DNA of 45,414 nt from Promethearchaeota archaeon (lineage in GTDB: Archaea > Asgardarchaeota > Lokiarchaeia > Sigyniarchaeales > SOKP01). Made by a program: the position numbers and the translations under genes. Positions 32,701 to 35,321 of this stretch are shown piece by piece. Every line of letters starts with the position of its first letter. Positions within the stretch are counted from its first letter, which is position 1. The DNA is taken from assembly GCA_037386725.1 (NCBI GenBank), contig JARRLT010000002.1:1-45414 (forward strand). The letters run 5' to 3'. Below the pieces are notes generated by a model, which worked only from the letters and a program-made list of their open reading frames with translations, did no database searches and was not told the DNA's origin.

Positions 32701-35321
32701 TAAATTTCATCTAAAGTAAGGTTTTGAGTACCTAATTGGGATTCTTGAAATTCATATAAAATCTTTTGACGAATCTTTAAGGAATTCCTATTAGTAATTT
32801 GGCGTAAAAACCCTCCGAAAAAACCAATATCCTTTTTTGGATAGTAAGGTATTGCTTTATACCCCTTTAAGTTATCACCAATGCTATAGGAGTGATCAAA
32901 AGAAAATCCGATCCCATCCAAATAAAAGATATGATTAGCATCTCCGCCCTCAAAGCTAAGTTCATTAATTCCTATATTAGGGATATTAACATAATGAAGT
33001 TCAGTTCCTTCTATTATCCCGTTAATCATAATATCAAAAGTACCCGCACCATCATGCATATATAATCTGAAATGCATAAATTCATTATTAGGAATGGAAT
33101 CAGCTTTAACTGTGTGCCAAACACCATCATAATATTTTATATCATCTCGATCCAGATGTAACCATACTATATCTGTTCCATCTTCTTTGAGTTTGATATT
33201 TACTCTTCTTCGATTACCGTCATCATAAGTTGATTTCGCAATCCAAAATTCAATCGCTGGATCTGCAACATTTGAACCGAAATTATTAGTAATTTGCAAG
33301 CTTCCTGATGATAATTGTTCGCATTCAAGTACTTTATAATGGCCATCAAATGCAGGAATAAGCTTTACTGAACCCTCTCCATTATACAAATCAATAAAAT
33401 CTATACTTTCCCCTTGAATATTACTAGGTAAATCAATAAAATCGTAGGTTGAGGGATATATACCTTCATTTATTACATTGAAACCTTTTTTATTCAATCC
33501 AACTTTGTAATTTGGGTCCCAAGAGAGTCCAAATGAATCATATTGCCCTTTCGTATCTATTATATCAAGATAAGGATGAATATAGGTAAGATAATCCAAA
33601 TCATTATCATTAAAGAAATTTTCATTATCAATCAAACAATTATCGTTTAAAAATAGTGAAAAATTATCATAATCACAATCAAAAGTAAAAGTAAAATGAA
33701 CCCAATCACCGATATTATAGGAATAATCAATTAGTGAAAAGGATCCTTGCATATGGTTCCCATAATACACTTTCATTTGACCCCCAGAAATGTCTTCTAA
33801 ATAAATCTTGGTTGCTAATTCTCCACTTGAACTTTCACCAAACTTGATTCGCGATCCAGAGGAGCCTTGTGAAAGTCTTTGCCACCATTCAATTGTTCCT
33901 TTTGCTTGCATGAATTCTATTCCGCTTACTTGAGCGGTTCCAGAACCATCAGAGATAATTTCTAAGATTTTACTATGATCTTCGATCTCGGGTAAAACAT
34001 ATGCATTTTTTCCAGAGGAAGTACCTGTGATAGTCCAGTCATATGGAAGGGCATAATTTTCAATATCCTCGAAAGAATAGGTACCTGGATAAATATCTCC
34101 ATTTTGCTTTTCATAATGCGGAGAAATAATTTGGACTAAATCCATTTGCACATTGGAAAACTCTCTAGAAGCAAGGAGATTAAACGTCTCTAGAGAAGTA
34201 TATTCTTTTTGGGAATAATGAATATCTAAATTATAATAATTAAGAGTAAGTTTTGAGGAAATTGCTAAATTACTGTTACTTCTTCCTAAGAGTAGTATAA
34301 GAGAAGCTTCATATTGATACTCTAATTTAAGGGATAAGAAATACACATCTGTAATTTCGTTATAGGTCACAAATTCATCCAGATCAGAAGAGAGAAGAGT
34401 AAGATGATCCTCTTCAAATTTAATCTCTGTATATTCATTATATTGATTTTTAACGTAAAGATTAATTTCATCATATTGACATTCTAATAAGGAATTAAGT
34501 AATAAATCGTCATAGTTAACTTCGGAAGAATAATCAAGATTCATTTCTATAGAATTTATATCAACATTTTCATTGCAATAATAATCTGTTAGATCCAAAG
34601 AAAATTCAATTGAAGGGCTTAAGCTAATCCTTTCGGATCTTTTCCCTACATATAGCGAAGAAGTTACTGAATCTACTGCAAACCCCGATTCATAAACAAA
34701 GGAATCGGGAAAAACCATATCTAAGCAAAATATAGATTTTAATTCAAAACCAGAATCTGTTAAATTGAAATAATGTTCAAATTGGGTAAATTCTCTATCG
34801 GCAACATAAGAAAATGAGCCTAATTCATTATGATTATCATAGCATACAGTATCAATCATTTCATATCTTCCAGTCTCAAAATTGAAAAGATATATATCAA
34901 TAAGACTAGCCGATTTCTGCTCTTCCTTGAGGAATACGCTCCCATCGTATGAATCAATATCTAATAACTCATATCCCGGAATCTCAGAATAATCTACACT
35001 TAATTCTAAATATTGGGTTGTATTAGTAACATAATCATAATCAAAGGAAAACCTCATAGGATCTAAAGTTGATAGAGAACCTTCTTCCCATTCAAATGCC
35101 TTATAGGAAAGATCCACAAATGCTAACCCCGTAGACAAATCTGGATTCAAAATTGATAATTGCTTAGAAGCTGGGGTATAATAATATTGGCTTTCAGGAA
35201 TAACAATATCGTTAATGCGAAATTCATTTATTTCATAATTGAATTGAGGATAAAATAAAGAATCCTCTACAATTTCATAGGTTGTTTCATCAATTTTTTT
35301 TCTACTTGCTCTCCATTCCAT
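8730..35321 (-). CDS. Giant ORF-B: 8,863-aa beta-rich surface-protein-like polypeptide (LamG/ConA-like modules, super-repeats, C-terminal membrane hairpin), possibly the continuation of ORF-A
   Basis: Single 26.6-kb open frame. It contains LamG_3-type signatures (GKLDEIIFFDFGLSRDQVNWLY; GFLDDIRIYQVCLTPLDIEWLY). The N-terminus MEWRASRKKIDETTYEIVEDSLFYPQ has no hydrophobic signal. Its frame opens only at 35336, inside the ORF-A 3' end, and no SD-like motif lies upstream of the ATG at 35321. Two hydrophobic helices sit ~150 aa from the C-terminus. Confidence 0.85.
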   Translation of the reverse strand: MEWRASRKKIDETTYEIVEDSLFYPQFNYEINEFRINDIVIPESQYYYTPASKQLSILNPDLSTGLAFVDLSYKAFEWEEGSLSTLDPMRFSFDYDYVTNTTQYLELSVDYSEIPGYELLDIDSYDGSVFLKEEQKSASLIDIYLFNFETGRYEMIDTVCYDNHNELGSFSYVADREFTQFEHYFNLTDSGFELKSIFCLDMVFPDSFVYESGFAVDSVTSSLYVGKRSERISLSPSIEFSLDLTDYYCNENVDINSIEMNLDYSSEVNYDDLLLNSLLECQYDEINLYVKNQYNEYTEIKFEEDHLTLLSSDLDEFVTYNEITDVYFLSLKLEYQYEASLILLLGRSNSNLAISSKLTLNYYNLDIHYSQKEYTSLETFNLLASREFSNVQMDLVQIISPHYEKQNGDIYPGTYSFEDIENYALPYDWTITGTSSGKNAYVLPEIEDHSKILEIISDGSGTAQVSGIEFMQAKGTIEWWQRLSQGSSGSRIKFGESSSGELATKIYLEDISGGQMKVYYGNHMQGSFSLIDYSYNIGDWVHFTFTFDCDYDNFSLFLNDNCLIDNENFFNDNDLDYLTYIHPYLDIIDTKGQYDSFGLSWDPNYKVGLNKKGFNVINEGIYPSTYDFIDLPSNIQGESIDFIDLYNGEGSVKLIPAFDGHYKVLECEQLSSGSLQITNNFGSNVADPAIEFWIAKSTYDDGNRRRVNIKLKEDGTDIVWLHLDRDDIKYYDGVWHTVKADSIPNNEFMHFRLYMHDGAGTFDIMINGIIEGTELHYVNIPNIGINELSFEGGDANHIFYLDGIGFSFDHSYSIGDNLKGYKAIPYYPKKDIGFFGGFLRQITNRNSLKIRQKILYEFQESQLGTQNLTLDEIYTDAYFKRTSALGYLIRPNGYYLPNSQLFTFITDRTVSSVQLLYYNENDQLVSKGFFERNPTFLNEFNLVWNNIKNELPTTGTGDVIYITLRVTDIYLNRKDYEYEFFADLDVPCPTISIYTGIENFENIYADPLTPITFENNEEEAICWYPFEKGKGTMTIDVRNTFPGALKNMEQDDWVQGKVGNYALEFNTDGSDEYMDIEDRVIQGYMPFSISFWFSSEATSASTIIGKRELGPEGTSGEFEVLLTSEGKVQFYIYNTGGYQFQLESPNAFNDGLWHHVVVSRNGPYGILCVDNKMVDSMESSQVVFINPDLDLVIGTDMRDNKYFSGKLDEIIFFDFGLSRDQVNWLYSQQQIAEGEKAWWRLDDEGRKITDSASNNDGTLMGEQHLVDGAVGSALEFSSSSYPLQEEDVYMNEGILSWSTIPFVTSSNILYDHTDNLWNYDGNLENFKYFNHTYSFSQNAIGEEPSDWEIIKSGDGLNVYSEIIDVLDGRTSVLQLEDDSPINNIQVKKSLGGMMSYGRVEFYFRTTSTADLSEVFLGESENKLISVFFENNKLKTTDNSIKIDLIDVNPDQWYKITIEFRSETSSSYKGLNLGQYRLFIDDVSYGPFSYLGNSKSLINSLSILSSSTGNAYFVYVDEIQFDTLSGSYEVYPNLYNSQSSFNPLYLYNEFPRYNYKEDDNSGYLGWDFTYNDGYTSSSWNNGILDSNLNGGQFYKTPSWNDDFTYIDYTAYMNGDLATSDADFSSIQSYPNSIQETLWRESFNTFDYKASESFFYTSEPDLFYGSFDFRDESLETGNFYGTFSFDQEINNPASEITFLSDYSGTDSNCDLEVISEWLGHNSVFKATDRNNAGKWDFTSKFAQMNKGTIEFWWGTDDIQKASYFTLEGTDTDVIKILIDEGYIQYFDGSSNHQLLQVNNNEFYHIQVNFECSGNNYLGLNQYQWSIIVNGVEQGVFDFINAEPYIDTIESWSDVIDDLYSMYIDGLGLTEDPYYSLHDNTNSYGLPTELKFVDKYSLSYDTEVLIKDSLSDYNAKNHKYILDLYDDNPNEVVSVSHLLDTSQTNFEFEFYFMISEYKYSEFLNLKEGGNSIVRLRTTPTGNIEFHDGTSWTWGVNPFSYSANMWYHIYISLNDLENTFSLKIDTTSFTDLSYYSDITLGIDEICLISSTDDSDYHLYYDAFGLEFNPDYNIGDNLNPHDITELKEAFDVVQPQPNSDIYITNLDDHENVLAIEDGISNENPEVWINFDSSKIAETIEFYWGTDNPNQNTYVELIGDIGCAVYFMIESSTFRYFDGVTQDTQRVVEADTLYHNKIVFDCTNDQFNWYIEDNLVQSGGNFQTLCNNIIGIKLYTDDADLGMTGYWDAFGFSWDPNYLEGDNRFTNLEHQIWPYNTETSIGQLSSYSDGVQEGDPLHLFNQIPTYNDYSSDWSIWDFISVNPNRASKFEDDNNGVFSSSLIQDHNYEIPSYPSDYFLNGLGFTAGDLWIADGNWDQIFSTQINPVSYIKWHEDFIAQESYMTHTFSPDGYSSTFDVSSGSAVMQNILPYNTYQNDWYTWQMSSTSDTVSSWTPSSAIFSSEMETPSSRATPAQYDDFSVTTGQTVSSSGMDLEISDENINDDVQIHSDSMNLEESTVWDETAWQFDPSYMNSVKLPDYDSMVQYTMDGTRLILNNFEKASDQGTLTTNNWGGLSYNPTFITSSYNADTGVFRTPIKQLNVASTGGSYTNRDSDVSLLQDVGGVWEASRYSASTWVNEVFKSGASFSTSPSCSSTDDSTYNIVNVYGETFYLWSESDDSYMRNFHFARQITTSSGYWLNAYDEYDFYAIRSESEYQISELRFNFKTMFDFIVGSQCYIYFQIKRDNGSWETFKTISGEEGWTTRTITLTPSNLYYGQSNFNQYMRSDRRIEVRLNFECHSTPVGLFGQDQRAEGRMECNMARMRVTHKAKTSTVTFNFDSGILNGVNDFFIFYHIKTVTGTADLKIDGSSFEFSDTWLSGAYIPYNDTTSISINFRNWDNHVNVDNVNTIQIDYLYLKLINPSDTSEISVHFNDGFLDNQFDTRFLQIFQIDVSFDCDVSKIDDNYGSIAKVEVIDPESGNYNSQKSLSTGLQTFTNTITEYNAISNNGFDIKILNRNSEITITSDVVVTMTFSCLYDDGLGGEYTFEQEFSFTPDLNLDQNEAENGDYSVYSDIDFTEGNLLKITLEGKDSEGYFNMVDSRQYENTGIINYFFNIYNMEELYGFRITYYLGGENSQVRVNSLYLTDQRDTSGVGAELEVDIDFHLGIVNDNSLDNVLLGYRYKLDSTAANFDFALKTTSDSWVTQENSYDTSDTWITNTLNINSNYWTEVGGEYIVTARFYIEGSEQMYAIHEYLLYLDQFYIDYEYTKINPITYDLDAELTQDIHNTFLDYYDDGYPNYEKFYNITFSFDYTLSKVREDHPDLTFAEVIITNDEHGYFYSESLTISEIVQPFSKNFEYNSYNDNNGFKIQIILQNGELDIIENSFNIQMEFECFDLSHVPCIEQDLVIECPITLNDLNEQENGKWLLETSWDLTDTDGQLQVILDIKADDAWYNQIFTNIYTTSQTSEQFDLRSIMNTYIPGSHYFQGVYVTFLFSGVGICEISQFDLKDLREDQVKPQIQIEIHKIFDPDYDINAASLLTSYKLSRSVESFEFQIFNPSTLLWDIIDNNCDESIENNVFNILSYIDSSDNSIEFRFEIIGLPHYPENEFILYLDRFEYDYEATWISPQNEITSILSHTTNLDGFLDQYDSESLYSDYLLNYEITISFDYSIISKNENYPDLDRVRFKVENNEQTDFVGFDGLITNTGHFEQTFLYNSYQDVDGIELSFEITNAQIDFIGELNIGAVFLCEEDPLGGTLLKQEVVIDLPDDQMELTDDEKKQNIFILDMDYIFNDNGGLGQFSYYIEIKTDGEPQWKTIIDSILFPYNISNYMKDNGYFIFDDFRVVLTLEGNLAELTVNFIDLKVEKIQPSIKIYIDIPFSLGIGKSLEEVSLFYDYDVDVLDIDSCGLYVADGTIWELKETIVPGIGSLDVTNYVRGSIFGDYIVSFMIEAKGPKLNILYDSDFNLSLDRFQLEYKWTQTGPQQDIEAEIIKTYDSTILDEFLSHEGIYEITIDLDYSIIHKSNDYDNYVEFIVQDSFQSQLYYMSLSDQMNTIQSTPISFDTSLSGHSFDIKFIITNIEFDIDRIEINMWNQCKSDINDPYHNLYQTFTTYYPFESNLTNLQKEHGLFFIDMTYSFQTIDDGLQYNPSNHKLQIELNIITDSGTIQSYVNRYASVGQETISFNIRAILGSNIEFKDFYITITVSGDQSEFNLLEFKFYEQVQKPSIINFSVSIDPSVQYEAKNVELEFKFRGEFIEEITESSYSFINISFWNYEDLSYDSYQCALIGTSYRYVFKVNLTNINNLVNFTFFARDYAHQFEIYLEECTVYMNDYVKLSPVFSESQEQFSLVTWINTSSVANQGVIYGEFAENSDARNYISILPNGALNYSQFISSGGLSATSGPGLINFGHWTQIAVTKAKNNVTFYKNGEYFSSIKYTQIYTGDIPLYAGIGARYYSDMWNHDLLEGFLDDIRIYQVCLTPLDIEWLYAHSLGVNQSLSLRSPQPYYFIPKEEYRIIDLDTGIIGPWVEFTSRNITQLSDLGNLPSNFSIQYRVTDPSGNIGNSTTYNINNFTNILFSKETSLTWTNNLLNLNKIGEERILSFANEHQFGDIPELDVFMNDFYFGKAVLNGNEYEISFGTQNNISTLVGYSESLISEDIYTNINPISKVSWETRKDNYIGVVKHSLLQEEISFINPLVYNETRAININNLYSSEFVLENFMRLRDAYYINKTTNEKIQLLFLQDFAVNTEGKLYFPETSCLHKFYINGSEIDQNLIYFEYDASRKQDQLNLENADGFFVNLSVPAAYGSNITIGGLDIRFNDIEGNSFVKHYDSLDLQRYFAANNRVERNIFGFGKMVNLPLYIDIDKLSLSSPEISFNLKYLESIDILVSDPEHWPNSFIESEENYDIANLPYQKVLLHDIRLYNLIADQQVLKDSVIYSNITVKAPNYFNFYANSFIKIQRMKINLTDITLFYNRTEISAFTKMKYSDIIELNCRFNHSSDKIPLEDFVEIPLSLSNLTSMEDILSLGGLHYVNKLDLNSLAGFTESYYYSKFTVPRFLSVYNLSLYSLGSPIHEILLNETIKVEIIQKDLDSIRPIFLEQEYFEVEYGETILIKGCVVEDKEYFVEDEVYLYNYQEALDNTTTHKLQFTAPYDDKEFMNYNEFAIYYIDKNTQIKPLYSSIDDVDYKNRNILSYKDPEIFYKNNEYYLNIFWNTTSPQFIDYDTKLLISYILRGDPISPVSFSQVDEFNRSLGSNLLEIPFAKFDPISNKWITEGNITDIKSIQREFYKQQFEGSTITIHGPTYTYDSQEIELGIGGVTMLSINKSNSENFVILSPDNYSWDIDEFGDLTIQYPHYDVGDKLEVLYYTARPIALDYRSLRINSIKIVDADNESIFVELASSDYYLCDDRSTLILLDPYNSAFYHENLTAFDLVYIEYFTSYDKLLDLSNNLLILQQDSQGNYIPIDYTSIDSLGTFKYEQKFSIDSPLSLPLGGTRLNNIRLAYLPSELYNKSRQEEILLNYEVAGQKIYGYKENENWYKTIKVKTTPDKSKLKFISDGIDETLILSSSKYIEKRDYQYTFNPLETLESNEEYTAFQLDLSINNDHKFKFQLTDKESGQALTDKIVWLQIGFTPKAETEYLDTRYTTEDGFHPYYESLGTDSITFIGPGESPSKMFSKPITYSLKSPEGNITKYGPYYWNYAITDAQGIANFDLSFNNNYLDDYYRIFGKEIDSIENVTLYIRAFTSQFSWEDFAMYNNKGLLCSDSEDVFTGGKIIEDYDFEQLFLRDSTYAEGLIRLHKQDAILSAQDTVRYEMPAYNVTGNQSLPYDPLYLNVRLTGGKPIQDGQISLEELLSIRDVHDMESNGISLLNKKFSHVALVEFYRSQESIPAKYMYSEIEENGKIMFDNFTTAEIVNELGYGVHSIKITVLGSPLYKETQPVVIPFEIITDNWFKFGQKQTKIDLIEPLIASYGQAYRGEDPMYFESNYPHIIGTLYVNGNFTDIGEEHDISYFDVVTLNVNCTIINDEGNEEEFPLRENVKLQPFNHDGFMKFDIGLGPEDAWILNLSCKVKLIFDISENKNSIYNESRNVEIVLLDLRVEENPTSSTPTELWSLYEDGFESHDSDLEIQVDQRSVTTLSGKKNIGTQAANETFGIEVNYFYSNEENTQFQITDNDDLADYLNILGLINVTALSVTGITNDQNYQFKEGIDYILPFNDAEVYSLSELSEINFTQNGQKPDENSEFYVNYKFDFDFQKNFADIILGYNNHINISTIVFNFTSQSEKDEKPLYSEFVDIFKGDGLKSDYILNYSIADISPMWNNSEVVIFNEDELNKTYGIIQKDIFNGFPRIMFETPPNENFEIKYGLRRQYNVGTGFQVEDQPIYDSVRLLSSNTYENSIINANGALQASYIKDPSLYVGLDKENDTSVEIYNLPLLYAPEINMSFLFDSVCVNQTQDFGENDTLTIDLFFVSSYALDSYYYDSITINLSYNSLKDQLKSDGSYKILYNKDLQAVYDSYGTSSFDIILRISQNTHDPRIIPYLIIDEFDYICDDYLLELYDVMPTDINGSLDVGAAINTNHYFTLNSLDLIQRYGVLNNSLVTVAFDGIQYADIISLIQEEGNYSLNYRGSQETFRVSRDNNYKLPSNLGVLIDSYNLDEDLIESGYLDLYYGSGTELDGIKSYSKEVHIENINPLYGEYESELVNRVPVSWDNTYNITDQFLSTDNIMVTGSVYYHQIFDIGSSDYINSSVLYSIFEDWEGPSIKFGVKLPDNITLAAIRSISAPYYYGLSTQGFPIGRDQGSYCILPWNGDSRSYFIPENILNSSFYRLAYSENKSKYLLFFVDKYYFGNKGLLDPASKFMVDYSAFHTFKEGFNYEIIEDPLKPWISQIKWDYSYIDDENFKLHPDFNENDSFTVHYSSLEWDDFSEEYIKEITDKFEYQPEIFTNLTAQYYQNNNNASFSIMNNVPENQWGNEQIFEYIYAIIQNISNPEEKRIHKFTNLAWLYYINQFENSTSYFYINLNDLRDDVPDGFEIVPESKLKIETRFNSSKTVYSLSGIPFNYEYVDNSFSEYHLSLSINGGDPIYSNSPEFNNYVLKIENRLIYFDENAGISPQSNVEIQYKCKLEPGILERKHLTLYTNGFSDSFEEDQSIYREKYRKLSGGSIISPFEYSLSIEDKYSLYLSYRFNERNYYEEEFTINYTDYNSQLGGYEFTYIPSPLEEYMDEMQVNNDVALKVYYYGENEEIVFLENNDYYVNENSNKIVILDNGNEITTVNNVTKFFVSFENGIFDSEYESYLFTYNPSESDLEETLKVSNWDILGVNGLDVIPNLDAPYFSNEKDIGYTNAKCHASEIMTHLKSGEILRFNLQEELEGYGNILNRFEQGDFINLYLSTAITNIEGINRFIIRLKDSSSHLIDTQYISAENYRNYDGQLKISLPQDHISEVSLLDISIEFKSTGIYHPDNDINPQFQYVKWEGDKYFNHNGTEYVEIKLDKDVASDTYEQDKILVFNDELEVLDFVEKKPFFTTEEDEDGNIISYSINLPKEYILQNNPSEILQFKNDDFLLLRYDSPVKRGASLTIGKMYLERESLEKDYNIPKTELLFVNTYDEYNYTDFTNEYYYQVPIELTPFDTEFTNTYKQVKLDLDFSTLSDFASDGYIDFSDLVFTMNDPSYELTINEVMIRKESGVAKSILETDYARVWSYSELQVFNSSSNPEQDKYIFDLDAEPLFYPNSSWVENLKIYDANYNYYSAKVLGSQDQNSVQLLYNTTGNYFFWNTNFDEYQEYFGSQVQFPVMIEPDTDLFIEFCTNDSWEEPIRIDQPNIDFNSFEIYYENEYSLDPYYELIDGQLYNNLSIPEYNITQYYSESFKVYEDTIDYTFTFDIDSSLKEDFFNVSIYRVIGLNETFGNTNIEDGDDYILTLDLENNQLRIQDINQDQHHLDDFDLITVILNYTAGPVSSYSEIQFNSRCRNLYIQNASESFYDYYLIYYDRYVSFGKEVFYESITDSTSFEAIDYCRNPNIIDMNTKKILCYNESTLYDKFGLYYDSSNILYKADIGGDDVVDYKQTIDIDKDNVIDIIQYGQEDSDGSIVWYLTMHQSSSSETKYDKNFAQKDTSWFNLDEREFAHYTTDNFLLNYFRELLTSFIGLGPLFAVMVPNLDYWARKMLDEYVSVEENIVEESQTFYLDDNKDGNIDHEVSHYKRSQTSSYSTYSKETIIMAAQPLRFEHYLILHHIYNMMGVDNLLFTDDLTMNAIENGWLGIQQRRLDTWFVDQLTGIFSTLEATYRKFERITKEEVSKTSVEENLIYNDWNNGEIEETRVYSDIFDSYGTSINVGSMFSNIFTSHTLTDISTGDTINVTFNPQIPFTDPSNISWNRETWNVDNVPVKFDELIRSSGNDIERENHFEKTVTITIPNRYSLFNDYLKENSNTITDEGDVTFEIEGVVITPIDGVIYTSDLEKHQAGIDKVSGSYLYVDTDGNSYYDTIYVIQPSDWSNIHYHINSNDIPGNMIDYFDDMPINAWSSYDYLISYEGDYKVLAIGYNYDGDPNFDVYEKRDLNVRYNGLYELRMENNHNIQIPSFIMSNYWAFDFGKIDLVEQLFPNFDNGEKDYRVKDQLFEIYKLIPNNNEVYSEFYKEVRRKTFSTTWDSFLKRKDRDVTDQIVIGTSAAIAALAARITVSALTCGIGEINGWSVAAGIAAYTVTYSLLSEANMFIQRQHSASFQKAFTYNPIGQQRQSTKSLNQKVASDVGLANSYLFGHPGAFYTLVKTMDSSNPYQAYVLTYPPRPSKWDDPENFKNTCNLITNGGYPGLMRGYDFDNLNLDYLLLTGDYYIYEEKGYEYNANLQFRNYNSV
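9170..9312 (-). other. Predicted two-helix transmembrane hairpin near the ORF-B C-terminus
   Basis: DQIVIGTSAAIAALAARITVSALTCGIGEINGWSVAAGIAAYTVTYSLLSEA. These are two Ala/Gly/Ile-rich ~20-aa hydrophobic stretches joined by a short GEINGW turn, in a locally GC-richer patch. A ~146-aa tail follows. Confidence 0.55.
9830..11160 (-). other. Membrane-proximal region of ORF-B with FG-GAP/VCBS-like DxDxDG calcium-loop motifs
   Basis: ADIGGDDVVDYKQTIDIDKDNVIDIIQYGQEDSDGSIVWY, FYLDDNKDGNIDHEV and LYVDTDGNSYYDTIYV. The assignment rests on motif resemblance only. Confidence 0.35.
21850..22330 (-). other. LamG_3 / concanavalin A-like lectin domain in ORF-B
   Basis: FSLVTWINTSS...GHWTQIAVTKAKNNVTFYKNGEYFSS...GFLDDIRIYQVCLTPLDIEWLYAHS. 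The order of elements is canonical for Laminin_G_3 (PF13385): F(S/T)hxxW, WxhhAhT, hxhYxNG, and the terminal hDDhRIYxxxLT..ei..LY. Confidence 0.7.
22340..26620 (-). repeat. Four tandem, highly diverged ~1.05-kb (~350-aa) super-repeats in ORF-B
   Basis: Boundary signatures recur at ~26600 (IQIDYLYLKLINP), ~25560 (LYLDQFYIDYEYT), ~24485 (LYLDRFEYDYEAT), ~23415 (LSLDRFQLEYKWT) and ~22360 (FEIYLEECTVYMNDY). An internal signature recurs at ~26478 (IDVSFDCDVSK), ~25410 (ITFSFDYTLSK), ~24330 (ITISFDYSIISK) and ~23280 (ITIDLDYSIIHK). The spacing is 1,040-1,080 nt. There is little DNA-level identity. Confidence 0.65.
28555..34090 (-). repeat. Six ~190-200-aa ConA/LamG-like jelly-roll modules sharing a distinctive C-terminal GFSWDPNYxxGDN-type signature, interrupted by an Ig-like segment and a classical LamG_3
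   Basis: The modules end at ~33500 (YDSFGLSWDPNYKVGLN), ~32880 (YLDGIGFSFDHSYSIGDNL), ~30770 (YVDEIQFD), ~29700 (YIDGLGLTEDPYYSLHDN), ~29105 (YYDAFGLEFNPDYNIGDNL) and ~28555 (YWDAFGFSWDPNYLEGDN). Each also carries an early (G)TYSF/xW motif, an IEFW-type strand (GTIEWW, AIEFWI, RVEFYF, GTIEFWW, FEFEFYF, TIEFYW) and a Y(F/Y)DG...W(Y)H strand. Confidence 0.6.
31640..32270 (-). other. LamG_3 / concanavalin A-like lectin domain in ORF-B, followed by the start of a second degenerate one
   Basis: AICWYPFEKGKGTMTIDVRN...GKVGNYALEFNTDGSDEYMDI...PFSISFWFSS...GLWHHVVVSRNGPYGILCVDNKMV...GKLDEIIFFDFGLSRDQVNWLYSQQ. I confirmed the DNA position of the last motif by back-translating 31625-31710. The next stretch, WWRLDDEGRKITDSASNNDGTLMGEQHLVDGAVGSALEFSS, restarts the pattern. 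Confidence 0.75.

Noticed and set aside
35245-35267. 6-bp hairpin (GAGGAT-11 nt-ATCCTC) downstream of the A8 run as a possible frameshift stimulator
   Set aside because: The stem is short and AU-flanked, and it starts ~26 nt after the slippery heptamer, whereas known stimulators sit ~5-9 nt away. This is not convincing evidence for programmed frameshifting.
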